Shown here: one piece after another, positions 23,935-36,746 of the stretch
Numbering within the stretch: the stretch's first letter is position 1
How the letters are laid out: each line of letters begins with the position of its first letter
Assembly: GCA_036867785.1 (NCBI GenBank)
Contig: CP145415.1
Coordinates: 806,001 to 870,000 of the forward strand
Origin: Plasmodiophora brassicae
Lineage: Eukaryota
Reading direction: 5' to 3'
Length of the DNA stretch: 64,000 nucleotides
Position numbers and translations under genes: made by a program
Notes under the pieces: generated by a model
Seen by the model: only the letters and a program-made list of their open reading frames with translations
The model's database searches: none
Told to the model about the DNA's origin: nothing

Positions 23935-26900
23935 ATGGACGGCTGCAATGAGGGGAGCGGCGACGGCCAGCCGATGCTGTATGACTCGGTGCCATTGGCG
24001 TCGTGGTCGATTCCGGATTTGGGGTCGGGCCAGTACGACGTGATCGACGATGTCGATGTGGACGCGCTGGCAGAGCCGCGCCAGGTTGCCCCATCGCGCT
24101 GCCGACGATTCGTCGATGCCCTGTGCGGGCTTTCAGGGCGGCTGAAACCGCTCACCGACGATGACGAGCGGAAGGCCATGCAGGCAGCGTCGTCTCGGTG
24201 GCATCTTGTTGCACATCGTCGCACTGTCGTCGTCGGGGCCTTCACTGGCGTATACTGCATCCGCATCCAGAAGGACAACCTCGCAGCATCGTTGAAGTTC
24301 CACGATCTGTTCAAGCAGAAGCGTACGTTCATCACTCGTCTTCATAGTCTCTGTCTTAACCGAAGGTTGTACAGCTATGTCCAATCAAGATTCTGCCGCG
24401 GCACTGTTCCACACTCCTTCGCATTTCGTTTGGAACGAGGACGGCACTCTCTTGGCCTGTCACTTTGCTGGCCGATGCTACGTTTACGACTCCTCGCGAC
24501 CGCTCCGCCGGCTGAATAAGATTCTGTCGGTCCCTGTCAAGGGCGATGTTGTGACTCTTTGCTTTATTCGCATTCATGATCGGAACGAGACTACGGCGTC
24601 GTCGTCTCCGATATTCCTTTGCGTTGCTACAAGGCAGGCGATCATCTACTCGATCAACATCGGGCATGTATCAGGCGACGGTCGGTTTCATTCGCGACGA
24701 GCGCTTTCCGTGGCAAGGGATGGCCAACCATCAAGGTAACCGATTCAGTTGGCACCCTCTATGATGGCCATGCTTTTCAAATATTTACGTCTCGTATGGT
24801 CAGGTCGTCCCGGGATCCTGTCGTGCATGAGTTCAGTGTCCAGCATTTGTTTGATGGGCTGTCTGGAGTTGCAGTCCGGGATTCGTCGTCCACGCTCTAC
24901 GCGTTCGGTCCAGACAGCGATCCATCGAATTCGGATCTGGACCCGCCGTGCAATGAGGAGACGCAAAGTGTATCGCCTCGGATGACGCTGAAGCAGTTTG
25001 ATATTGCACAGACGATGGCGGCGAACATTGATGCGACGCGCCTACAATTCCGCTCACTGGACGTTCTGGGGGAGCCAGCTGGCCCAATGATTGACAACAG
25101 CATAACGCCGAGTCGACGGCGTCTCGCCCAACTGCTGGGTCAATCGAAACCCGGCATGCACATGAAGCAAGTGTCGCCCCTGTCTGTCTTGAACGTGGTT
25201 ATTCGTATTTCGCCGTGCCAGACCGCCATTGCGACTCTCGATGGATATGGCCATGTCACAATCTGGCGTGTACGGCCCCGTCCAAAGCGGGTTGGGGCCA
25301 TCGTCTTCAAGACGCCTGCCGTTGACATATCGTTCTGGTCGGATGACCTGTTGGTGGTCTGTTTAGGTGACGGAGACCTTGCCATATGGTCTATTGCGGT
25401 TCGGGACGGCGATAGCCTTGATCTGTCGCGAGAATGCGGCATTCAGAAGTTTGAACCCCGGATTCGCGTAAGTCTGTCGTCATTGTCGCCGTCTGGCCTC
25501 TTCGCCCTGACAACGCTGGACCATTATCTGAGACCACGTGTCGCCTGGTCTGAGGAGATAACCGCTAGTGGAACGATTATGCGGCGCGTTTCACTCACAT
25601 TAAGTTCGATTCGTCGCGTGCCTGTGGAGACTGCCCTAGCACATTGCTTATCACGGCAGGCTTACGATTCGGCATTGGAGTTATGCTCTCGTTTCCAAAT
25701 TTGCGCTGATCCCGTCTACCAGCGCCAGTTTGCGTCCGGGGTCGTTAGTTCCGACTCAATTTCCAGCCTGCTCTGCAACGTCAAAACCGATCAGTACTGG
25801 GTCCTTGAGCAGTGCCGTACTCGCGTCGCCGCAGATGCCGCAGCCCAGAAGGAATTGCTGGAATATGGCTTGAAGCAGACGGATGCTTCATCTCGGAAGT
25901 TCGTTATGTGTACCGCACACTACGATAGAGCTGACTTGCTCTTTGTAGGCCATCTGCTGATTCGGCGGTTCGTGACGAGAGCGCAATCCTGTGGGCGTAC
26001 AGACTTCTGTTTCTCTATTACCTAGACGTACTCGAGACGTTCACATTGATTCAGAGATATGATCCATCCGAGTAAGTAGTCTGTATCTGATGCTCGTTAC
26101 CTGTGAAATGTAACCTCTGTACCACGTCCAGGTTTCGGGAGTTTCGATCGACATCGCTTCGCGATATAGCGATCGCTGCTGCGCGTGCTGACCGTATTTC
26201 CGCGTTACAGGTTTTGCTTCATCGGCATTCTCGCGTCCTCGAGCCGTACCGACTCGAGATCCTGTCATGCATTCCTGAAACCGTACCCGTTACCTCGTAC
26301 GTGCGCAGCTATTGAAACAGAGGACTGATCTCATTCCGTCTGTGAAGGTACGAAACGCTCTTACCTAGTGCGAACGTGTCAGAGGGAGCTATCCACAGTG
26401 CTGGTGCGGTTGTTGCTTCTTGCCAGGCGAGAGACCCTGACTGGGTCGAACAAACATCAGAGTTTCTGTCGTTTGTTCTAAAGTCTGTGTTGACTCCGGA
26501 GCGAACGCCGGACGATACTGTGCCTGTTGTTGATCAATGGAAAGCGATGTTGACCGAAACAGGTCCTGGTGTACCTGTGAATGTTTGGCTTGAGCAACGT
26601 GCTTTAGAAATCGATCAACGATCAGGTAAGCAGGTCGCGGCGCAGGCCTGCTTATACGTTTGGCCTTATAATGGATAGGGTTTACGAGCAACGCTGTCTC
26701 GCTCCTGAGGTATGGAGTCGAGCAGTTCCCTGAGAATGCGCGCCTTCGTGATTTGCTGTCGGCTGCTGCGTGGTTTTCAACATTTGTCTACGACTGGGAC
26801 GGGGAATCTGATAATCATTCTCGCTATGTCCTATCCAAGTTTGCCCAGGAGGATAGCAATGTGGCCCGTATTGCATTAATGCTATCGGCTTCATCAGCTC

Positions 26901-29900
26901 ATTCCATCGTGCAAGATGCTGTCGAGAGGGTTTGGCCTATGTTCCCCGACAGGATCGAGCGCCGGCGCTGCATGGTCGAATTCATTCTTGGACGACTTGC
27001 TCCTCAACATACGCCTCTTGCTGTGTCGTTGTTGCGATCGGAGTCTATCATCGAGAACCCTGAGGATGTAGCGCGATCCGCTTTCGGCCTGTGCAGAGTT
27101 AGTGATCCAGCGAATTTCCCCTACATATCTGAACTTGCTGACATTGCGAACGACGAATTATGCTTCCAAATGCTGCGGTCATGCGAAATATGTATCAAAC
27201 GTCGCCATCCACAACCGCCCTCCGTCTTCGCAGACAATGACCACGTAAGAACAATTAACGTAGCAGTCTACATGACCTTTGTTCTTACTGTCGCGTTCCA
27301 GGATGCGATTCTTTCTGTTATCAGATCTATAATCCTGGATGAAGTGACAGGGATATCGTCAAAGCTCCTGTTGCCTTCCCAACGTTACGGTGGCCTTCTC
27401 AAAGATGTGTACACGCTCGCGGGAGCGGAGCGTATCCATGAGGCACAGGAAGTCTTTCTTGCAGCAATCTTTAATCATGGGCAACTTGACGTCGCGCGTC
27501 ACTTTTCTCTTCTATTCGACCGTTCTGTATTCGAGCGCGTTGCTCTACGAGAAGCTCGCGCTCAGTTCAACCGTGCTGGCCCTGAACCTTCCGACCCTGC
27601 AATGCAGTCTGCTCATGCTGCCTTATCCTTATGTGAAGACAACGCTGACGTTGTTGAAGAGCGCAATCTCCACGAGGCGGTTGAGCGAATACGACGATTC
27701 GGTGGGTCTGCTATTGCGAGTAACAGAATACGTGTGATTCAATGTGGATTTCAGGTCTTTCGTCATTTCGGCCTATTGAATTGCGGCCGGGGGAATTTCG
27801 TGTAGAATTGCTGAGGAAATTGATTGATTGTTTCGTGCGTCGGGACCGCCGCCACGATTCCCAAGGGTTTCAGGATATCGTCGACATTTGCAGCCTGGTC
27901 GGGATTCGTTCCCAAGACGAGGTATCTGATGTTCTTATGCGGGCGGCTCTCCTTGCAAATTCGTTCCACCACAAGGATCGAGCTGCTCAACTGGCAACTC
28001 GAATCATGACAGAACGTCATTATCGAGCTGCTTGGAAGGCTTGTGTGGATTTTGACGACCCTAGCCTGTATCGCCATGCCTTGTGGGCATGCCCTGATTC
28101 CGAGCTTCTGAACCTACTCGATAATCAGTGTGCGAACATTGTTTATGATGCCGAACAACACGTATCTATGGACCCGATGCGCTGCGCTCTTTCCCTCGTT
28201 AAAGACCGGGGTCGCTCTCCACAGGTCAGGCCAGATGAACGAATCTCGTCTCTGGGCGATCTCGTCCCGTTAGCGGCGTATGTGGCCGATGTCGACGATG
28301 ATCATCGTGCTGTCCAGCTTGTTCAGAGGGCGGTGGACAACCCACCTGTAGATGTGAGAATATCCGTCATGATCGAGTTTGCATATCGGTGCCTTGCGAC
28401 AATTTCGGTTTTGAAACATCAAAGGTGGTCGGTGTCTGCCCGCGACGTGGTTACTATCGATAACGGCAAGTTGCTGTCAATGCTGCATGGATCTCCTGCG
28501 GATTATGTTACCCAGTCAGCGCTGGATTTCCACAAGTCTATGCAACTGTGTGCAGAGCTCTGCCAGATTGTTCCGGACGACTTCGATGGGGATAGAATGG
28601 TTGTTGATCGAGCGTATGCTCAATCCGCGTTTCAACGTTTGATTCAGAGGTAATTATTCACTGTTCCTGCATCGGCATGTTCTCATGTTCACTGATAGTC
28701 TGGATTCGGAGCGCATTGAAAGCGTGATGTCGTTATCGGAGCGCTGTCAAGTCAATCTAGACGATCTGGTGCGCAGTCACATGCGCTATTTGTTCACTTC
28801 TGTTCAGAATAGGGCCGAGCTCGAACAGCATGTAGGGAAGGTAGTAGACGACGCGGTTCCGTATGTATCTTTGCATTAACTGTGCGACCCTTTAGTGGGG
28901 CGTTCTTATGTTGGGGAAGGTCAAGTCGGGTACGATTTTCGACGAAGTCGACGATTTGGTCAGCGGCTCAGACCATGTTCGCCGGTCAATATTGTACCGC
29001 CTGCGGTCATCTGTGGACAAATCGGCATCGTCCCGTTTGCAAAAGCATATCAGTGTATGCGGGTCGGCCAAGCGAACGTTTGCATGGCTCACCAAGTACT
29101 GTCTCGTTCAGATCCTCGAACGGCTGCAGAAGAGCGATATTGCGGTCGATTATAAGCTCGTCTTGCATGGCGGGTCCGAAGCTCATGCCGCGTTACTCTC
29201 TGCTGTCAACGACCGCGTCGGTTATGTCGCTCGTGCGTACTTAGTAGCTCTCTGTCTGATATCATTGGGGTAGACTGTGAGCGTTCTAGGCCGTCTGGCT
29301 TCGCGGATATCCGAGTTGCAGCATGTGCCGTCTGTGCCCCCGTTGACCGAGTCCACCGTGGTGATGTTGTACCTCGTGTCGGTCGTTACGGCAGGGCCTC
29401 CGCGTGGATGGTCCCAATCCTATGCGTCCTGGATTCAACCCTATGATCATTACTTCCGCAAACTGCCAGTCGACAGCGGTACGTACCCGTTCCGTTCCTT
29501 TCCAAGGCTGGCCTAACCGTCCTTGCACATAGTCGTTGAGGTGTTTCTCAACGTACCAGACAATCTCGTTGCTCTTGAGTATGGCTTGGATTACGTCGCC
29601 CAGCGAGATCCTTCATCGGCTTCGAGGCTGAGTCTAGCCCGGACAGCATGCCGGCTTGCTAACGCTTCGCCGATTCCTGAAACTCGCCGCTTCTTCTTTG
29701 ACCAGCATGGCGGGGACATCGTAACGCGGTGCAAACGTGCACTTCATGCCGCCGTGGCATCGTGCTCTGATGCCGATGCTGTTGTTCGGTTTATCCGCTC
29801 TGCCCATGAAGTGGCTGCAGAAGACAGCATTGTGATCGAGAGCATCGACCTCGCTGCTGCCGTCCATTCTTTCGCCAAGTCTATGGTCGACACAGCATCT

Positions 29901-31079
29901 GCCCTGAGCGTCTGCGCTCCCATCAGGCATGAAGGCAACGGGTTTCGCCTTGTAGGTTCAAGTTGGTCGACGTCGCGCATGGTGCTGATGTTGGTATTTT
30001 GTCAGACATTCAGACAGCAATGCCCTATCGGCGTTTGTGCCGCAGACCCGAAATCCATTCCGGAAGCTGCCGGTGCGATATCAAATGTCATCAGGCACTA
30101 TCCGGCTTCGGTGACCGAGGCCGCTATTCGATACCTGAAGGAAGTCGCTTCTGGACAACGTGGCAATGCCACCTATCCGGTTCGGGCTGCGATTCTGTCC
30201 GCCCTTGACGAGGACGACAAGGATCCTGAGTTGTACTGCCTGGCGCTGCTGGATAGCTGCTGGACCCCGTCCGCTGCTCCAAATGCACCCATCGACCGTG
30301 CACTGCTGCGGCGTTTGGCGCTGGAATCTCGAGAATCGGACGTACAACTGTGTGCCCTGGCAACGATGATGGTTGCCAAACCTGACCTGGTCGAACAAGA
30401 CGTCGCGCTGTCCATCCTGTCGTCCTACGCCTCCCTACCCGGCGTCACAGGTCGTTTGCTTCGCATGTTTGCGGCTCTGGCACCTGGGCTCGATGAAGAC
30501 CTTCAGCGAGCTTTGATCGCTCAAGTGAAGATCAGCGCCGATGGCCTTACGGCCTTGAAGGTGGCGCTGGTCTCCAACTTGGAGCATATCCGTCGAGACG
30601 CTGTTACCGAACTGAATCGCCTGCCTGGTGACACCGATCATGGCAGCTTCCGCCTTCCGACCGAGCTGTACGCCCTCCGTCAAGACGTCGTCGATTCAGA
30701 CGATGATAGCGTTGTGGCTCTGGCGTTAAAGGCCTGCCTGGTCGATGATCTGATCGACGGCCCGGTGCAGACCGTCATCCAGTGGTACCTTTCCAGCCGT
30801 GTCAAGGACGCCGACGCAATTGGCGGCCCCATCCACTGCGCCGCCCTTCTCTGCATCCGGCGCCGCTTCACCATGGCCGCCTGCCTGCTGGACCACCGAC
30901 GCCCTTCGTACCGCCGGAACCTCGACCTTGCCGTTCGCGACATGATCCGACGTTTCGAATCGAGCGCCAAATCCCCGCGCGCTGCACCCGACCTTCGCCA
31001 GACCTTGCAGCATGCACTGTCGGGTCTCTCCACATCCGGATTCGCCACTACATACGTTGCAGACGTAAACGCCTTGTAA
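23935..31079 (+). CDS. NBAS: NBAS/Sec39 (NRZ/Dsl1 ER tethering complex subunit), multi-exon
   Basis: N-terminal beta-propeller-like region; YDSALELCSRFQICADPVYQRQF..WVLEQCRTRV..KELLEYGLKQTD and FREFR..ALQVLLHRH..YRLEILSCIPET match NBAS/MIP2 conserved blocks. Confidence 0.9.
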
Positions 31080-31306
31080 TATGAGAACCTCTCGGCTTCC
31101 CAAACACCTGCTGTGTGCCTGCACGTCTGACCGGGCGGTCCAGTTTCCGCTGGCAGGGTGTGTACCTGGCGCTCCCCCGGTTTCGTAGAGCTACGTCGTA
31201 GGCACACCGGTCGTCTGTTCGTGTGCGTCGTCAGGGGCCGGACCTTCGTTCGCGCCTTTTTTGGTGGCGTCCAGAAGAAGACGACGGGGGCGTCGTTCAG
31301 GTGGCG

Positions 31307-31656
31307 ATGGGGTTCCTGGGCGGTGCGATGTTCGGCCTGGCCGTGTCGATGATGACGGCGTCGGTGCGGACGGGCAGCGTGCTCGGGCAGACGCATTTCA
31401 CGCGGTCCCGCCGTACGTATGGGGCGGCGACCGCCGCCTGTGCTGCCTAGGTAACCCTGACGACGCGGCGCGTGCAGTCCCGATCGAGCAGATCATGACG
31501 GCGGCGGGGTTCGGGGCGCTTGGCGCCTGGATCTCGAGCGCCGTCAAGAAATCCGAATGGCGAGTGTACGATGCTGAGAACGAGCGTGAGCGCACGGCGC
31601 GCTTCTTTGAGGTCGGAACCGACGCGCGCGCGCCGCCGCCGCCGTCGCTGATTTAA
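31307..31656 (+). CDS. Small two-TM membrane protein (possibly a complex I accessory subunit, NDUFC2/B14.5b-like)
   Basis: MGFLGGAMFGLAVSMM..|..IMTAAGFGALGAWISS followed by a charged helix; splice sites and family assignment tentative. Confidence 0.4.
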
Positions 31657-31726
31657 CCCGTTTCGCTCAGAACCCGCCGCCGCGTCGTCCGCTGTGATCA
31701 CCAGTAAACCGGGCATTCGCCAGTCG

Positions 31727-31962
31727 GCAGCGAACACGTTGACTCGCAGCGTTCCGACGTCGTGACGTGACAGGATCCGCGGCCATCGGCGAGGTGTGAC
31801 TCATCGTTAGCAGGCACGGACGGATCGTTCGTGGACACAGCGTCGCCGAACGCCCCTGCAGCGAACACCGGTGACTCGCGCCTTCCGCCGTCGTGACGCA
31901 ACGCGACGGGCCGTCGTCGGCGCCGGGTTTCCTCCCGTGTGACTCATCGTTAGCAGACACCG
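31727..31962. repeat. Degenerate direct duplication (~95-105 bp x2) upstream of a C2H2 gene
   Basis: Both copies start GCAGCGAACAC..TGACTCGC..TTCCG..GTCGTGACG and end GTGTGACTCATCGTTAGCAG.CAC. Confidence 0.8.
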
Positions 31963-32080
31963 ACTGAGATATTTCGTGTACACCTCATCGCCGAACTCGG
32001 CCAACGACCGCCCCCCGCCATTGTTCAAAGTGACGCCCGCTGGCGACATCGTCCACGTATTGTACAGGTCCATCTCCCGC

Positions 32081-32548
32081 ATGGCGTTCGAGGTCGTCAT
32101 CCCGATCGCCCACCGCGTCCGGTACTTCCAGTATCCGCCGACCACCACCAGCCCGTCAGGGCCGGCCCTGCTGCGACCGGACGACATGGACGCCGCGTTC
32201 GATGACAGCAGCAGCGGTCCGACCGCCATCTCGCCGGTGCTCGCCTCCTGCTCGCCCATTCCGACGCCGCACCAGTGCCACATCTGCAGCAAGTACTTCA
32301 GGCGCCGGCAGTCCCTGAAGTCGCACATGTTCACCCATTCGTCGGAGAAGCCGTTCCCGTGCGCCGCCTGCCACAAGAGCTTCGTCTCGGGCCGCCACCT
32401 CGCCAACCACGTTCGGGTCCATACCGGGGAGCGCCCGTTCCAGTGCGACATCGGCGGCTGCGACGCGGCCTACACGACGAACAGCTCGTTGCGGCGCCAT
32501 CAGCTCGACGCGCATGGCGTCGACACCCAGCTGCCTGCCAGACCCTAA
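32081..32548 (+). CDS. C2H2 zinc-finger transcription factor (3 fingers)
   Basis: HQCHICSKYF..HMFTHSSEKPFPCAACHKSF..HVRVHTGERPFQCDIGGC..HQLDAH with canonical TGERP linker; start codon uncertain. Confidence 0.92.
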   Translation: MAFEVVIPIAHRVRYFQYPPTTTSPSGPALLRPDDMDAAFDDSSSGPTAISPVLASCSPIPTPHQCHICSKYFRRRQSLKSHMFTHSSEKPFPCAACHKSFVSGRHLANHVRVHTGERPFQCDIGGCDAAYTTNSSLRRHQLDAHGVDTQLPARP

Positions 32549-32698
32549 TACCCGCCGATGGGTGGTTCGTAAACACATTCAGATGCGGCTGCGTGTCCTT
32601 TGCTCGTGTGAGGTTCGCCCCCGACGCGCGATCCCTGTGACGATATCAGCGCCCAGGCAGACGGTGCCGGCCCTGTCACATTGGTAGACGGATTCGTC

Positions 32699-34793
32699 AT
32701 GGACGCCGACGTGCCGCTGCTGCTGGGGGCGCTGCCTGACCGCTCCATTGCACTCGCCGCCGCCTGGCTGTCCGACGCCATGCACTTCCGCCCGCACAGC
32801 CCGCGTATCGCGAGCACCCCACAGCGTTTGCGCTGCTACGTCGCCCTGCATTCGCTGCCGGCCCGCGCTGCCGTCCTGCTGGCCATCATTGTCCACCTGC
32901 TCGTCCCGATCCTCAACGACCACCTGCAGGACAGGGCCGCCGTCCTCGTGGCGTGCCACGTGTACATCGTGGCCGTGTACGCGGCGCGGACGTCGGCGCA
33001 GGCCTACACGATGCCGCATCGGCTCGTACACGACCTTGTGGCCGGCGCCGTCCTTGTTGACCTCGCCGTCGCCATCGTCGTACCCGGGTCGTCGCGTGCG
33101 TCGTCCTACATCGCCCCGGTCATCATTGCGGACACGTACCCGTCGATCCGGTCCTGCCTTCGGTCGCTCAGGCAGTCGCTGATCGCCGTCCGGCCGTACA
33201 TCGAGCTGCTCGCCGCCCACGTTGTCGTCAGCGCCGCCATCGCCTGCCTCCTGCTGTCGGACCACAACCGCCATTTCGCGTCCCTGGGCGCCTCCCTCCT
33301 GTCCACCATGTACCTGTTGACCGCCGTCAATTACCCCGGCACGTGGCACCCACCACCGGACCCGGCCACGTCATCACTGATGTGATGCGCCTGATCGTTC
33401 AGATGCGATGACGCCATCGCTCGGGGCGCACCCGGCATCCGCATGGTACTTCGTGGTCTACCTGGTGGTCGGCGAATGGATCCTGCTGAACTACCTGCTG
33501 GCGGCGACGTACGGCGCGTTCCTGGCGGACAGGAGCGCGCAGATCGCCGAGCGCTTCCGATGGCAGTCGGAGGCGCTCGGCGCCGTGTTCGCCATCCTGG
33601 ACCACCAGCGGACCGGGACGATCGCCGAGCGCGACTTCTGCCGAGTCATGGCGGTGGCGCGGCCCGACCTCGACCCGGATCACGCCCGCGTCATCTTCGG
33701 GGTCCTGGACCCGACGTCGACAGGTACATGTTCCCATGAGGACTGGCTCAGCAGCGGCGACTTCCTGCAGGTCCGCTTCCGACGCGCGGTCGCTGCCGAT
33801 GACGACGACGTCGACGCCGCCGCCGGGTGGTCGCAGATGTCGACGATATCCGTTTTACAGTACCTGTCGCAAGGCGCGATTGTCGTGAACGCGTTGGTGC
33901 AGGTCGTGTTTCTCTGTAAGGGGACGGACTCGTTCCCGGTTATCGAAAGTGCTGCCATGGTGGTCGGCGTTGTCGATGTGCTGATCAGCAGGCGACGGTT
34001 CCGAACGCGGACGATCTACGTGGACCTGTGTGCGTTCGTCGTTGCCGCCCTCGGGTACGTTCTGCCCCCGCCTTGGCGCGTACTTCGCGTCGTGGTCGTC
34101 GTTCGCCTCCAGCACTGCCTACCCGGGGTCGCCCGCCTGTCAGCCGTCGTCACGCCAACGCTGGTCGCCATCGCTGGGCTGCTGCTTTGCCTGTTCTACG
34201 CCTTCGCTATGATCGGGCACATCGCGTTCAACGGCGTGGTGACCGGGTCCCTCGAGCAGCGCGTCGACGCCTTTAGCGTCATGGCGCACGACACCGCCGA
34301 GGCCTGGGACCGGAACGCGTACTACGAGTTGCATTTCAACACGTTCGGGAGGTCTCTGATAACGCTGTTCACTGTCACGATCGGGAACAGCTGGAACGTA
34401 ATCACGGACGGATACGTGGCGCTCACCGGGTCGCTGTTCACCGGCGCCTTCTTCGCCACCTTCTACTTCCTGAACAACATCGCCGTCCTGAACGTCCTGA
34501 CCTCGCTCGTCATCAACGAGTTCACGGTTGGGCGCAGTACCGCGCATGGCCGGCGCTGGCATCAGCACGTCGTCGACAGCCTGCGGCGCCGACCCTGCGC
34601 CGACCCGACCGCCTGGGCCGTCACCCGAACGATCCGCGCAGAGCACCGCTTCCTCGATCGACTCAACGACGACATCCATTCTTCCGTCCACCTAGACGCC
34701 ACGTTACGCGATCGTCTGCCGTGGCGGCAGACCTCGTTCCGACCCCGGCTCCCCGACGCCGACCCGCTCCGACCCGACGCATGTTCCTCATAA
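32699..34793 (+). CDS. Two-pore channel (TPC)-like cation channel with EF-hand linker
   Basis: Pore 1 MYLLTAVNYP|DAMTP..YFVVYLVVG..LLNYLLAATY; EF hands DHQRTGTI and DPTSTGTC; pore 2 YYELHFNTFGRSLITLFTVTIGNSWNVITDGY..VLNVLTSLVINEF. Confidence 0.88.
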
Positions 34794-34929
34794 ACGGCGA
34801 CCTGTGTAGCGGCGTAGAGCAAGCCAATGGGCCCGGCCAGCCACGTCGGCTGCAGCGTTCGCGAATTTTGTTGCGTACGGCTCCGATGTGTGCGGCTCCG
34901 TGCGGTCGTGGCCATTCGGCAAAACGGCC

Positions 34930-35649
34930 ATGGCGTGGCGCCGCGGGAGCGCCAGTGAGAGCAGCAGCGACTGCTGCACCGTTACCGAGCCGGGCGGCGA
35001 CGTCATCGGGAGCGGGTTCCTGCGCGTCATCCAGGTGAACGGGCGCACGACCTGCGTCCAGCCAGGGAAGATCGTACTCGAGGACGACGAGTCGTACAAG
35101 GCGGTGCACCTGGGCGAACGAAACTACACGGTCGATCTGCCCACGCGGTCGTTCCTGCTCGACGACCCGATCGTGCTCGACCATGTCGTTCTGTCAACGG
35201 GCGCCGCCTTGGACTTGACGGTGAGCGTCCAGGTTCGCATATGCCGGTTTAAACGGTTCGTCCATGCGAATGGCGGATATCCTGCGCGGATGCTGGCCAC
35301 GATCATCCGGGAGCGTGTGCGCCAAACAAGCCGGTTGCGCGGAACCGCTGACGGCGTATTCGGCGCCAAGTTCATCAAGGGAGCGAACAAGGCGCTGGAG
35401 AGGGAGCTCGGTATCCGCTTGCTCAAGGTATTCATCGAGAGGGAGGTCGACAGGATGTCGACTGCCTCCTGGGGTTGGGCGGGAGACCTCGTCAGGCGGG
35501 ACGTCGACGAACCGTCCCGTCCTGGACGTCTGCCCTATGGGGAATCAATCGACGGAGAGCGCCAAGAAGAGCAGGAGAAGCGGGAACCCTCCATTGGCGA
35601 ATCTTTTGAATGGGACCGCTGCTCGGATCGATCAGCTAGTGTTGCCTGA
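34930..35649 (+). CDS. Hypothetical protein, possibly SPFH/Band-7-like
   Basis: Single open frame; LDLTVSVQVRI..LATIIRERVR..LERELGIRLLKVFI resembles the SPFH core. Confidence 0.5.
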   Translation: MAWRRGSASESSSDCCTVTEPGGDVIGSGFLRVIQVNGRTTCVQPGKIVLEDDESYKAVHLGERNYTVDLPTRSFLLDDPIVLDHVVLSTGAALDLTVSVQVRICRFKRFVHANGGYPARMLATIIRERVRQTSRLRGTADGVFGAKFIKGANKALERELGIRLLKVFIEREVDRMSTASWGWAGDLVRRDVDEPSRPGRLPYGESIDGERQEEQEKREPSIGESFEWDRCSDRSASVA

Positions 35650-36746
35650 CCATCCGACCGCGAAACGTGCGTCTCATCGTTGATAATACACTGCCGGTCT
35701 CGTGGTGGAGCAACTTTATATGTTCAGTGTTTGCGTGGACGACGCAATGGAACTCCCATTCCGCTCCAAACTTGCGAACGAGAGGGCGGACGTGGTCGCC
35801 TCTCTTGGCTCCCGGTAGCGAGACGTCTGCGCGATCAGAAGCGCAAATCGCCCAACTATTGCCGTAGAGAGTAGGTAGAGGCAAATCTGAACATCAGACG
35901 TGGGACCCGGCGCGTCGGCACCAACTCACCATACGGCCAACCATGCTACAAATCGTGCACATTATGCCAAGTCTCGTACGTATCGATGATGGCATCGAGA
36001 GCCAGGTCAGCCGCTACATCCTGTGGACCAGGCATGGGCCAGAGACGCTGTTTCTCCTAGTCTACAATCCGAACAATGATGATTTGCTAGGTAGTTTGGA
36101 TACAGTACCGAAATAACGGGGACATACCCCCGACACGTGTACTCGGCGGGCATTTCCAACCAGCCGGAGGGGACTGTTTGGGCGGGACTGTGTCGCACTG
36201 ACCCCTGGGAGGTCAGTGCGTGCAGGAAATGGCGCCAAACGAGAGCGCTGCGCCGAGATCGGGATGCGGTGTCGTCCGCTAATGCAAGAAGGTTGCCTTC
36301 GCCATTGGCGCGTACGATTAACCAGGAAACGTGTATCGAATCGGTACGAAATGAGGATTACTTTCAAATAAAGCAGTGACGGAAGCTGCTGGACCGGTCG
36401 AAAATGTACCGGCCGGCCTCTTCTAGTCGACAAGCGGTGGAAGAGCCGACGTTTATGATCATCTGATGAAGCAGCTTGAAGTGGTACCCATACGACGTCG
36501 GGAACCGTGCAGAACACAACGCGTCATGTGGGACGCGTGGCACAATGCTACCCTATCACTTATTGTATTCCAGCAAATGGAATGCACGATGCCGGGCCAT
36601 AGTGCCGCGCGCGTCCTTGCGTCGCCCGTGTTGGGCAAACGCCCCCCAGGTCCAGGAGGCGGTCGCGTATCCAATTGCGGCGCCCCTCGCGCGCGCGCAT
36701 TGCCCGGTCGCCTGGCCGGGTCGGCGGTCGGCGCGGCGGATAGAAT

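Noticed and set aside
35650-36700. Possible minus-strand gene between the SPFH-like and DUF1749 genes
   Set aside because: Only short ORFs without recognisable motifs; not supportable from sequence alone
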